Part shown: piece after piece, positions 38,065 to 47,208 of the stretch | How the letters are laid out: every line of letters starts with the position of its first letter | Numbering within the stretch: position 1 is the first letter of the stretch | Assembly: GCA_964561475.1 (NCBI GenBank) | Contig: CAZLPU010000019.1 | Span: 1,354-65,353, forward strand | Length of the DNA: 64,000 bases | Origin: an uncultured Alphaproteobacteria bacterium | GTDB taxonomy: Bacteria; Pseudomonadota; Alphaproteobacteria; JAJFIK01 | Reading direction: 5' to 3' | Notes under the pieces: generated by a model | Databases searched by the model: none | Seen by the model: only the letters and a program-made list of their open reading frames with translations | What the model was told of the DNA's origin: nothing | Position numbers and translations under genes: made by a program

Positions 38065-39531
38065 TTACGGTTTGGGACGCACACTGTAGTCCTGGGAGGC
38101 CAGTGACCAGGCGATGGGCCGATTGCGGTCTCCGCCGCGCCAAACATCGGAAAGGGCCTTGACCACCTTGGCCAGTTCCGCCTGCCCGTTCTCGGCGACC
38201 TTGAACGGTTCATCCCCTTCCGGATCAAGCAGGGCACCGAAATCAACCTCGTCCTCGGTCAGGATGGCAATGACCTGGCCCTGGCCGTAGGGCTCACCGG
38301 CCACGAACTCGAAACCGTAGAAGGGTTCCGGGAAGGTGATGGTTTCGCCCGCGGCAATCCGGCTGGTGCGATCCTCCCGGTTCAAAAGCCCGTTGGGAAA
38401 GATCTGGGTCAGTGTTCCGTCCGGGGCATAATCCAGCAAAATGAGCCAGCCCGCCTTTTGGGTGGAGACCCGCATCCGGATCACCTCTCCGGCCCGATAA
38501 TCCGGCCCTGCCATTGTTTCAACCGTGAGCCCCGCCGCATTGGAGGCCACCACAATATCCGTCACGTCGTTGACCGAGGCCAATCCTTCCTCGGTGAGAG
38601 TATCCGCCTGGGACGTATTTTCCTTGGACAGAAGCAGCGAACGCATGGCGTTGGCGGAGGCTTCCAGGGTGGGCGTGAACCCCAGGCCCAGGGTGCGGCA
38701 GGACTCGTTTTTCTGGCACCAGGCTTCGGTCTTCTCCCGGGAGTAGCGCAAGAGTTCGGCGGTGCTCACATGGCCGTTCAAATTGAAATCAGCCTTGAAA
38801 TCCCGCAGACCCTCCAGGAAATGCCGGGTGAAGATCCCCCGCCCGTTTTCCTCCCAGGACATTTGGAAGGAGGCCGCGGCGGTCCAGATCTGATGCTCTT
38901 CCTCCCCGAATGCGAAACTTTCCTCGCTCCGGAATGCGGTCACCGTATCCGGCGCCACGTCCCGGGCCTCCCCGAACAGGGTACGCGGACGGGCATCTGA
39001 CGTTTCGGAGACGGACAAACCGATAGAACGGGAAATGGTGCCTGAATGGCAGGCGTCCACAATGAGAATGACCCTCCGGCCCTTCAGCTTCTTGAGGGTG
39101 GCGTAGATGTCATCATCGAGGATCTGACGGGGCTGGCGGCCTGCCTCGAAATCGTAAGGGACCAGGGTCTCATCAAGCCCGTCCGTTTCATCGTCATTCC
39201 TGTCGCGAACCTGTGATCCGTGTCCGGCATAATAGATCACCACCCGGTCACCGGGGTTGGTCTGGCGCACGAGGCCGTTCAGGGCAGCCCTGATGGAACT
39301 GCGCCGGGCCCGCCGGTTGATGAGCCGTTTCACTTCATCCTGCTTGAAACCCCACTGACTGATGAGAAAGTCATAGACTTCTTCGGCATCGTTTTTGGGG
39401 CCCATGAGCGGGGTCACCGCCTTGTACTCGGCAATGCCGATGACCAGCGCCCTCTGGCCTGCATGGCCCGTTCCTCCGAGGAACCACAATGTGACAGCAC
39501 ATATCGTCAGAGCAAGGACCAAACGGGCCAT
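38065..39531 (-). CDS. secreted caspase-like (peptidase C14) protein with DUF4384-like C-terminal domain
   Basis: Signal peptide. Dyad VVIYYAGHGSQ ... LIVDACHSGT. C-terminal beta-rich domain of the kind found after bacterial caspase domains. Confidence 0.8.
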   Translation of the reverse strand: MARLVLALTICAVTLWFLGGTGHAGQRALVIGIAEYKAVTPLMGPKNDAEEVYDFLISQWGFKQDEVKRLINRRARRSSIRAALNGLVRQTNPGDRVVIYYAGHGSQVRDRNDDETDGLDETLVPYDFEAGRQPRQILDDDIYATLKKLKGRRVILIVDACHSGTISRSIGLSVSETSDARPRTLFGEARDVAPDTVTAFRSEESFAFGEEEHQIWTAAASFQMSWEENGRGIFTRHFLEGLRDFKADFNLNGHVSTAELLRYSREKTEAWCQKNESCRTLGLGFTPTLEASANAMRSLLLSKENTSQADTLTEEGLASVNDVTDIVVASNAAGLTVETMAGPDYRAGEVIRMRVSTQKAGWLILLDYAPDGTLTQIFPNGLLNREDRTSRIAAGETITFPEPFYGFEFVAGEPYGQGQVIAILTEDEVDFGALLDPEGDEPFKVAENGQAELAKVVKALSDVWRGGDRNRPIAWSLASQDYSVRPKP

Positions 39532-41168
39532 CAGGGCCTCCCCGGTTGATAGGTGGTGAAGGCGAGAACACCCAGCCTGTGGGGCATGTCCTCCAATGCT
39601 GCGATCAGGAGCGAGCGCAGATCCTCCAGCCTCTTAGTGTCGTGCAATCTGGCGAATTGGGCGCCCATGGGTCCCATGCCGGGACCTGCGGCAATGGCAA
39701 TGAGGTGGTCAGCGCCGAAAGGAGGCACCACCTCGATATCATCCAGACTGAACCCGCTGCCGATCACGGATCCAAGGCTCTCGATCACCTGAATGGTGCC
39801 GTCGGAGGCCAGATTGATCAGGGCAAGGTGTTTTTCCTCCAGACCCTGCACATTGACGGTCACTTGATCCTTGTGGAAATAAAGGCTTTTGCGAGGCCTC
39901 AGACGCATCTCCACCGTCCGCCCCAGGGCCGACAGGATGATATCCTCGACAAGCTGCCATTTTTCGATGACCGACTGGAGATCTTCAGGTTTGTCCGGGC
40001 GGATCGTGGCGATTACATCCCCATTGGACACCACCGCACCCGTGGCGGTATCCCAGATGAGATCGGCGGTGGTGATATCGTCAATGAGCCGCGCCAGGGG
40101 AATGCGGGCGGCCGCGTCCGGCGGAACCTCCGAGCCCAGAATGTAGAGGGTCACCGGTCTGGGCTGGGAAATGGGTTGGGGCCGGGCGGTGCCCGCGCGC
40201 AACACAGCCTGCCCCCGCAACACGGGCTGGAGGTCGAGCCGGGGCAATTGCCGCCCGCTTGAGACCATACGGACGGTTTCCAGAACGAAGGCGCGGATTT
40301 CGCTCGTGGTCAGAATGCCGTCCTGGTCCTGGTCCGCCTGCCCCCTCAAGGCCCGGGCAAAGGCCCAACTCAGTGCCCCTCTGATTTCACCGTCGATTTT
40401 GAGTTCCGGGGAAAGCTCATCATCCTGAACGGCGGCCAGGTGGAAGACATGGCTGAGATCCACGATATCGCCATCTCCACCGACCGGCTCTGGACGCTCC
40501 AGGTCGTCCACGGGAATGTCCCCGTAATCGGTGTAGCGGGAGGCCAGCCTGGGCGCGCGGGGATCAAATCTGCGGGTCAGGGTGCCGGAATGGCAACTGT
40601 CCGTCACCAGAATGACAAACCGGTCCTTTGCCCGGATGAGCATCTGAAAAATGTCATTATCGACGATCCGTTCCCGGCTGGTCACACCCTCCCCGGCCAA
40701 TGGCGAAAAGGCCGCCAGCAGAAGGGTTTCATCCCGGCCATCGACCTCCTCACCCTTGTAGAACTCCGGTTCCTGGCCGCCATGCCCGGCATAGGAGAAG
40801 ATGATCGTGTCACCGGGACTGGAAGCCTCGAGAAGATCGTCCCAGGCCTGAAGAATGGCATCCCTGGTGGCGTTATGGTTCAACAGAAGGACCGTCTTCC
40901 GGGCGCCGATTTCCGCAAGGGAGGCGGCGATATCCTCCGCGTCCCGGACAGCACCGGCGAGGGGTTCCAGGACTGCATAATCGTCAATGCCGACCACCAG
41001 ACCGAAGGTCTCGCTGCGGTGAGCCTCTTCCCTTTGATTGTCACTTCTGGCCGGTCCCGGCGCAATCACGATAGCGAGGAGAAGCGCCAGAACCCAGGAA
41101 GACCACCCTGAAGAACCTGTGACCATGCTTTTCATCCATACACCTGTCCGTGTGCCCCTCATCAGCAA
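39531..41168 (-). CDS. secreted caspase-like (peptidase C14) protein with EF-hand insertion and DUF4384-like C-terminal domain
   Basis: Probable start at Met 41135 (MKSMVTGSS...signal). Dyad IIFSYAGHGGQ ... ILVTDSCHSGT. EF-hand loop DQDQDGILTTSEI. Overlaps the OmpA-like gene start by 7 bp and abuts the downstream caspase gene. Confidence 0.8.
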   Translation of the reverse strand: MLMRGTRTGVWMKSMVTGSSGWSSWVLALLLAIVIAPGPARSDNQREEAHRSETFGLVVGIDDYAVLEPLAGAVRDAEDIAASLAEIGARKTVLLLNHNATRDAILQAWDDLLEASSPGDTIIFSYAGHGGQEPEFYKGEEVDGRDETLLLAAFSPLAGEGVTSRERIVDNDIFQMLIRAKDRFVILVTDSCHSGTLTRRFDPRAPRLASRYTDYGDIPVDDLERPEPVGGDGDIVDLSHVFHLAAVQDDELSPELKIDGEIRGALSWAFARALRGQADQDQDGILTTSEIRAFVLETVRMVSSGRQLPRLDLQPVLRGQAVLRAGTARPQPISQPRPVTLYILGSEVPPDAAARIPLARLIDDITTADLIWDTATGAVVSNGDVIATIRPDKPEDLQSVIEKWQLVEDIILSALGRTVEMRLRPRKSLYFHKDQVTVNVQGLEEKHLALINLASDGTIQVIESLGSVIGSGFSLDDIEVVPPFGADHLIAIAAGPGMGPMGAQFARLHDTKRLEDLRSLLIAALEDMPHRLGVLAFTTYQPGRP

Positions 41169-42120
41169 TCCTGCCGTCCGTAACAGATCTCCACTCGACG
41201 GTCCATGCGCAGCCGTTCCTCCCGGGAGTAGCGGTCGGGATTGTCCGGCTGATAGGGTTCGGTCTCGCCTTTGCCGGTGACCGTAATCGCGCCCGTATAG
41301 CCCTTGTCCTTCAGGAAATCAGCCACGGTCCGGGCCCGTCGGATTGAGAGGGTCATGTTGTAGCCTGCGGGTCCGGAACTGTCGGAATGGCCGATCAGGG
41401 TAATGTCCGGCGTCCCGATCAGGCGCAGATTGATGAAGAGCTGCTCAGCATTCCTCAGGCTGACCCCGGTCAATTGTCTTGAGTTGCTGCCGAACCGAAT
41501 GGGAACGGCCACCCGGCGGATCTTGATCCCCCGCACCTGGGGGGCGCCCAGTCCGGTGGGGCGCCCTCCCCTGGTGGGTGTCGCCACGAAGTCCGGTGCG
41601 AGCAGGCGGGCCGTTTCGGCGTTTTTCATCAATCTGCGGACGATTTCCTCGCTGGGCCCCGGTTCCGGGGTCAAATCCGGATTGTCCACGGCATCGAGGG
41701 CCTGTTCGAAATGGAACTGGGCCGCGCCATAGTCCTTGCGGTCCAGGGCAATTTCGCCAAGAGTGGCGGAAATCTGCCACAGTCTTGCATAGGTCAGGGT
41801 TTCTTCAAGATAATCCGCATACCGCTCCCGCGGTTTACCGGCGCGAATCTCCGTCAGAACCTTCTGATAGCGCAGGGCAGCCACCCGCTTGCCCAAGTCC
41901 CGGACGAATGACGATGAGCAGGTCTCATCCCTGAGGGCCTCTTCATACAAGACCTCGAGTGCCGCCACATCCCGATCCCGCAAGGCCCGCTGGGCCTCCT
42001 CAAACAGCACCGCGCAATTGCGGATCTCCTGCGCCCTGGTCTGGGACGGTGCAGCGATCACGGCGCTCAATATTGCGCCCCCGAGCAGGATGGCTCCAGT
42101 CAAGATCCTCATCATGACCA
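41162..42120 (-). CDS. OmpA-family protein (TPR-like N-terminal region, OmpA C-terminal peptidoglycan-binding domain)
   Basis: Signal peptide MVMMRILTGAILLGGAILSAVIAAPSQTRA. C-terminal OmpA motif GHSDSSGPAGYNMTLSIRRARTVADFL. The annotated ORF extends to 42778, but the upstream part is Pro/Gly/Arg low complexity. Confidence 0.7.
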
Positions 42121-42174
42121 TTCTCCCATTCGGTGCCCCGTTCAGCCGGCCTTTGGGACCGGCCCCATGTCCCC

Positions 42175-43902
42175 TCAGACGGACCACTGGTCCAGCCAGG
42201 ATCGGTCCAGTCCATGTTTCCCATAATAGGCCTCGAGACGCTGGCGGTTCTTGCGCCCTTGAGACAGACCAAGATAATCGACCGCATTGTGGTGGAGCAA
42301 TTTGCGGAAGTCTTCCATGCTCCGGCCGGTGCTCTGGAAATGGCTGGTCAGGGCCGGGATGTAGGTTTCGTGGTCGGATTCCCGGCCCACCATGATCCAG
42401 TCGGTACCGAAGAGCAGCCGGTTCGCCGCATTGGGATAGTTCGTATAGAATGCAGATAACTGAGCGGCCAGGTCCCGTTTGCGCCGGGCTGGGAATTCCC
42501 TGGAGAACACGCTCTCCAGATAGCTGAGATCGGAATAGACCCGGGCCACATCCTCCCGTTCCATCATTTCTCCGACGGTGAATTCCCACGGCTTGCCCGG
42601 CGGGTTCCGGAAGGCCTCCTGAAAATCGCCGAAATGCCCCATATTGATGCGCAGTTTCGGATAGCGGGTGATCACCGGCTCCCAGAACCGGGGATGGGCG
42701 CGCCGGGCGAATGCGTCGCCCGCGCCCTGGCTGTCGTTGGTGTGGGTGATGATAGGTACTTCGTGCTCGGAGCACCATTCATAAAGCCGTCTCAGGGCCT
42801 CATCGATCCGCTGGGGGAAGCGGTCATGGGCCTGGGCCCGTTCCGGATAACAGACCGTTCCGTTCTGATTGCCCCAGGGATAAAATCCCATGGGCGGGTA
42901 GAGTTTGACGCCGACAAACCCGCGGTTCATGACCGCGTCTTCGACCATGGGCATCGCCTCGCCGGTGGCCAGTTCCCGCCAAGGGCAGAACGGCACCATG
43001 GTATGCATCCGCGCCCCCGACTCCTCGGCCACCCAGCGCTGGAGCCGGTCCATCAGGACAATCTGATCCGCCAGGGACGAGCGGGGCCGGTCATCGAGCC
43101 AGTAATCGAAATCCACGAGAAAGGGGGTGAACAGACGGACACCATCTGTCCGCCCATAGAGTTTGAGATACTCGCCAATGATCTGCCTGCGGGGTTTCAG
43201 CAGGAGAAGACCCCAACGCAAGGTATTGCTTATGGTCCCACGGGCGGCCAGCGCGCCTTCCGCAAGCCGACCCAGATCCTGATCGGTCATGCCGTCCAGG
43301 CTGCGGGCCATGGCGGTCTGGCCCGTCTCCCTGCGAAGGTCATCCAGAAAATCCTCAGCTCCCGGATCCCGGGCCAGAGCATCGTTTGACTCTCTGGGGC
43401 TTTCCGGCGAACCGGTCCGTGTGCTGCGGGCCCGCTCCTGGGCACCGGCCAGAACGGATTTGAGAATGTCGACGTCGCTTTCGCTCGTGGTCTCCACCCG
43501 GGCCCCGTTCAACCGGGCCAGTTCCTGGGCGGCGGTGAGCGAACGCCTGGACAACAGATCCACCAGCGCCCGGCCCACTCCGCCGAATACGGAGCGCCTC
43601 GCCTGGGCAAAGCAATAGGGATCCTCGAAATCCTCAAAAACCACCCGGCGCACAAATCCGCCGACGGGCAGGTCCGAGGCATTGAAGACGTGGGCGTGAA
43701 CGTCGATGGGAAAGGATGTTCCCTGTGCCTGTTGAACCCGGGAAATGTCCGGCGGTGCCGGAGTGCAATTGGTCAGCCCCAGGAGTGCAAACCCGGTCAT
43801 GCCCGTGAGAACGGATCGACGGTCCCGCAACGGATGGCCCCCGCTTCCAACCCCTGGAAATCCGTCCCCGCTGTAATTTTTGTCCGGTCTCGTCTTGGCC
43901 AT
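42175..43902 (-). CDS. TAT-exported amidohydrolase-2 family metal-dependent hydrolase
   Basis: Twin-arginine leader RDRRSVLTGMTGFALLGL. HxH start of the TIM barrel (IDVHAHVF). Conserved late Asp (LLFGTDW). Confidence 0.65.
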   Translation of the reverse strand: MAKTRPDKNYSGDGFPGVGSGGHPLRDRRSVLTGMTGFALLGLTNCTPAPPDISRVQQAQGTSFPIDVHAHVFNASDLPVGGFVRRVVFEDFEDPYCFAQARRSVFGGVGRALVDLLSRRSLTAAQELARLNGARVETTSESDVDILKSVLAGAQERARSTRTGSPESPRESNDALARDPGAEDFLDDLRRETGQTAMARSLDGMTDQDLGRLAEGALAARGTISNTLRWGLLLLKPRRQIIGEYLKLYGRTDGVRLFTPFLVDFDYWLDDRPRSSLADQIVLMDRLQRWVAEESGARMHTMVPFCPWRELATGEAMPMVEDAVMNRGFVGVKLYPPMGFYPWGNQNGTVCYPERAQAHDRFPQRIDEALRRLYEWCSEHEVPIITHTNDSQGAGDAFARRAHPRFWEPVITRYPKLRINMGHFGDFQEAFRNPPGKPWEFTVGEMMEREDVARVYSDLSYLESVFSREFPARRKRDLAAQLSAFYTNYPNAANRLLFGTDWIMVGRESDHETYIPALTSHFQSTGRSMEDFRKLLHHNAVDYLGLSQGRKNRQRLEAYYGKHGLDRSWLDQWSV

Positions 43903-44423
43903 ACCACCCCCCCTGCCCGGCTTCTGTCCGAGGAAGCTGGCACACCCGGTAAGGATGATCAAGCAGCCTGATGTACCTATGCTTGTCACTATACGCGCTG
44001 CGTGCGGACCGCCTCCCTGGCCTTGAGCACGATCACTTGGAGCCTCCAGCGCAGACGGGCTCCGGACACATCAGTCTTGCGCTTGAAACAAGCGTTATCT
44101 CAAAGACTTGGAGAATGTTGCCGATCCCTTGGATGGATGCTTCCGCCCCAGTGTAGACCTACGGGCCAGGTCTTGGTGCCTTGTCGCGATACGGATGGGA
44201 GGTTTCGTCAAGGGTGTGTCGGCGCTGTCACGCACCCAGATTGCTCCCTGTTGGTGGTGCACAGGATTGATGTTGCAAAGGGGGTGAGAGCAGGACCGAC
44301 GCAGTGCCAGCCCATACCGGGCCATCCAAGACCTCGACCAGAACGCACGACAGTATCGAAAAACCGGAAACCCTTCCGGAGGACCATACCCGATGTGGCG
44401 GAGACACGCCCCTCGCCCCGGCC

Positions 44424-44468
44424 CCTCGCGGTTCGGGCCCTCTTGGTTCGGGCCATCGCCGTTCGGGA
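44424..44468. repeat. three tandem 15-bp units containing GTTCGGG
   Basis: cctcgcggttcgggc / cctcttggttcgggc / catcgccgttcggga, about 220 bp upstream of the RTX-like gene. Confidence 0.65.
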
Positions 44469-44684
44469 CAGGCCTCCCAGACTGCAATTGCAGTCCGCAC
44501 GGCTTCGACCGGACCTTCTTGCGCGACCCCGGTTTTCCTTGAAACGCCCGCCCTTTCTGCGCTGACCGTCAGGGCACCCTTCTTGCGCCCACCGTGCCCA
44601 TGGAGGTGGCGACGCCCGATGCTTCTCATGTCAGCACCGGCTTTGTCACCGGATCATTGGACCCATAGACAGAGCAAGAGGTGA

Positions 44685-46628
44685 ATGATGGCCAGCCTGC
44701 CAGCAACACGTCCCATTATCGGCACCAACACTGACGATCTCATCCACGGCAGTAAGCACTCGGATGTCATGTCCGGCCGGGCGGGGGACGACACCCTGAC
44801 CGGTCAGAACGGCAATGACGAAGTCTGGGGCGGCAGCGGTGATGACAGCCTTCACGGTAACAATGGTCATGACATCCTCTACGGTTCCGGCGGCCCGAGC
44901 CTCGTGCAGGTCACGGGTATCCAGATCAAGGATGATTACCCGGTGTCGGTCGTGTTCGAGGGCGAGACCGCCGGGTACCGGAACACCTTCGGCTACTACA
45001 AAATCGACGAGGATGGCGGCATTTATGATGTCGAGTTCATCTGGGAAAATGCCTCACTCCAAGGCAGTGGCGGGTCCCTGATTCAAGGAGAGAGCCGCGA
45101 GTATCTGGACGTTGCCCCGGGAGAGACCATCGCGTTCTTCATCATCTCCAACGGCTACAACCTCAACAATCAGTACCGGAACATTAATCTTGAGACTGGC
45201 ACTCTCGCCTTTCTGAATTCCGACGGCACCCAGGCGACCATCAACAGCAAGGCCCCCCGGCTCTATCACATCGCGGAGGATGGCACGCAAACTCTCGTCC
45301 AGATCAATCCCTACCATACCGCCGCCTACGGAGAGACCGTTGGCCTCAACCCGGACAGCATTCTCCATACCACCGGTGTTTTCAAGGCGGACAAGGGCAC
45401 GATTACCCTTGGTTTTGAGGATCTTTACGGCGGTGGCGACCGGGACTTCGATGATAGTGTCTTCACGGTTGATATTGGCACAGTGAACGCAAATGTACTC
45501 AACGCCCACTACCGCACCCAGCAGAAAGGTGAAACTGTCAATCGTGGCGAGGGGATAGACCGGCCCGTGGTGGTCACGTCCGACAATGACACCCTCCATG
45601 GCGGCACAGGCAGCGACGAGCTCCATGGCCGTTCCGGTCATGATCTTCTGTTTGGAGACAATGGTGATGATGACCTCCACGGAGGCAGCGGCTCAGACAC
45701 TCTGGACGGTGGCTCCGGTCACGATGAACTCTTTGGCAATTCGGGAAATGACGTGCTCAAGGGGTGGATGGGCAATGATGAACTCTCAGGAAACTCCGGT
45801 GACGATACACTTCACGGCGAACGGGGAGAGGACACTCTCTATGGCGGTTCAGGTCATGATGTCCTGAATGGCGGCGAGGACAACGACCTGCTGAACGGCG
45901 GCAGCGGCGATGACCATCTGGATGGTGGTTACGGGTCGGATGTTCTGAAGGGTGGTGGCGGCGCCGACACTCTCACCGGCGGCAATGGGGACGACCGGCT
46001 TTATGGCGGCCACGATGACGATACCTTCCTTGGTGATGCCGGTAACGACTATTTCCACGGCGGTAAGGGTCTGAACACTGTCGACTACAGCGACTTTGAC
46101 GATGGCGTCCGCTTGTCCCTTCACAACAAGACCGCCCACGGAACAGGCCTCGGTCGCGACAGTCTGTTTCATATCCAACGGGCCATCACCGGCGATGGCG
46201 ACGATCTTCTCAAAGGATCCGCCAGGGATGACATCCTGGAAGCTGGCGGCGGTAACGACGATCTGCGGGGCCTGATCGGTGCCGACACCATGACCGGCGG
46301 TGCGGGTGAAGACCGGTTCATCTGGCGCAAGCACGATCTCAACGCCCTGGACGTCATCACGGATTTCAATTTCGATGAGGATGTTATCGACTTCACCGCA
46401 CTGGGTCTTGCCGGCGACACCCTCACGTCCACAGGGAGCCAGATCATCCATCAAAATGGGAGCTACGAGATCAATGATGCCATACTGCTCTCCCAACTGG
46501 ATGGCTCACTGATCCTCAGTGTCGATCTGAATAAGGGGTCAGGGGACTACACTGACGTCTGTGAACTTGAGAATGCGGCATCCTTCTTCACGCTGGAAGA
46601 GCCGGGCTTCGACTGGCTGCACTACTAA
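44685..46628 (+). CDS. secreted calcium-binding protein with DUF4114 domain and hemolysin-type (RTX) nonapeptide repeats
   Basis: N-terminal and C-terminal runs of GGxGxDxL(x) repeats (GGSGDDSLHGNNGHDILYG; GGSGSDTLDGGSGHDELFG, etc.). Central DUF4114-like segment (FEGETAGYRNTFGYY...GFEDLYGGGDRDFDDSVF). No signal peptide, as expected for a type I secretion substrate. Confidence 0.8.
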   Translation: MMASLPATRPIIGTNTDDLIHGSKHSDVMSGRAGDDTLTGQNGNDEVWGGSGDDSLHGNNGHDILYGSGGPSLVQVTGIQIKDDYPVSVVFEGETAGYRNTFGYYKIDEDGGIYDVEFIWENASLQGSGGSLIQGESREYLDVAPGETIAFFIISNGYNLNNQYRNINLETGTLAFLNSDGTQATINSKAPRLYHIAEDGTQTLVQINPYHTAAYGETVGLNPDSILHTTGVFKADKGTITLGFEDLYGGGDRDFDDSVFTVDIGTVNANVLNAHYRTQQKGETVNRGEGIDRPVVVTSDNDTLHGGTGSDELHGRSGHDLLFGDNGDDDLHGGSGSDTLDGGSGHDELFGNSGNDVLKGWMGNDELSGNSGDDTLHGERGEDTLYGGSGHDVLNGGEDNDLLNGGSGDDHLDGGYGSDVLKGGGGADTLTGGNGDDRLYGGHDDDTFLGDAGNDYFHGGKGLNTVDYSDFDDGVRLSLHNKTAHGTGLGRDSLFHIQRAITGDGDDLLKGSARDDILEAGGGNDDLRGLIGADTMTGGAGEDRFIWRKHDLNALDVITDFNFDEDVIDFTALGLAGDTLTSTGSQIIHQNGSYEINDAILLSQLDGSLILSVDLNKGSGDYTDVCELENAASFFTLEEPGFDWLHY

Positions 46629-46687
46629 TCAATACGGGCCTTTCACCCATAGGCATACGACGCGCACGCACAACAATTCGCCAATCG

Positions 46688-46720
46688 AGCCGGCCCTGTT
46701 CCAACGGGCCGGCTTTTTTG
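46688..46720 (+). terminator. rho-independent terminator after RTX-like gene
   Basis: GC-rich hairpin agccggccc-tgttccaa-cgggccggct followed by TTTTTTG. Confidence 0.6.
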
Positions 46721-47106
46721 CTTCGCACACCTCGTCACAGTACTCTTGATCCGCGCCCTTGCCCGGCGGCAACCATGGCCAGCAGCCGCCATTGCTCCCC
46801 TCCGCAAAACCGTCGATTCATAGCATATCACTGCGCCTGATAGGATGAGCACGATCCCGATGACCGAGGTCAAAGCGCATGATCGTGACTTAAACCACTC
46901 TGCCCCGTTCCGCTGATTTCTCCCCACACAGAGGAGCCAAGGATCCGGGTGCCGGGCATTGCCCCATAGAAACCCACAATGAACAATGCAGTAGGGCGTA
47001 AGATCGTCCAACCCGCTCCAGGCCCAGAATACCTGCCCCATGGGAGTCGCCAGAAATGGTCTGAAGAAGTGACCTTGCGGAGCATCATCCAATGATCCAA
47101 CATGCT

Positions 47107-47134
47107 CAATGGAAATGGAAATGGAAATGGAAAT
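47107..47134. repeat. hexanucleotide microsatellite (AATGGA)x4.7
   Basis: Read directly: aatggaaatggaaatggaaatggaaatg, in the lower-GC convergent spacer between the RTX-like gene and algI. Confidence 0.8.
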
Positions 47135-47208
47135 GTGAGGGGACATGCAAAAAGCCTGTGGAAGCGCAACGCTTCCACCGGCTGGTCACCTCAGGAATGA
47201 TGACAGGA

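Noticed and set aside
42121-42778. N-terminal 219 codons of the track ORF 41162..42778
   Set aside because: They are Pro/Gly/Arg low complexity and overlap the 3' end of the amidohydrolase gene. A proper signal peptide begins at the MVMMR start at 42120.
31747-43902. Gasdermin-like or other pore-forming partner for the caspase-like proteases (as in bacterial gasdermin defence systems)
   Set aside because: No ~250-300-aa unannotated gene is adjacent. All four proteases carry export signals, unlike the cytoplasmic protease partners of bacterial gasdermins.
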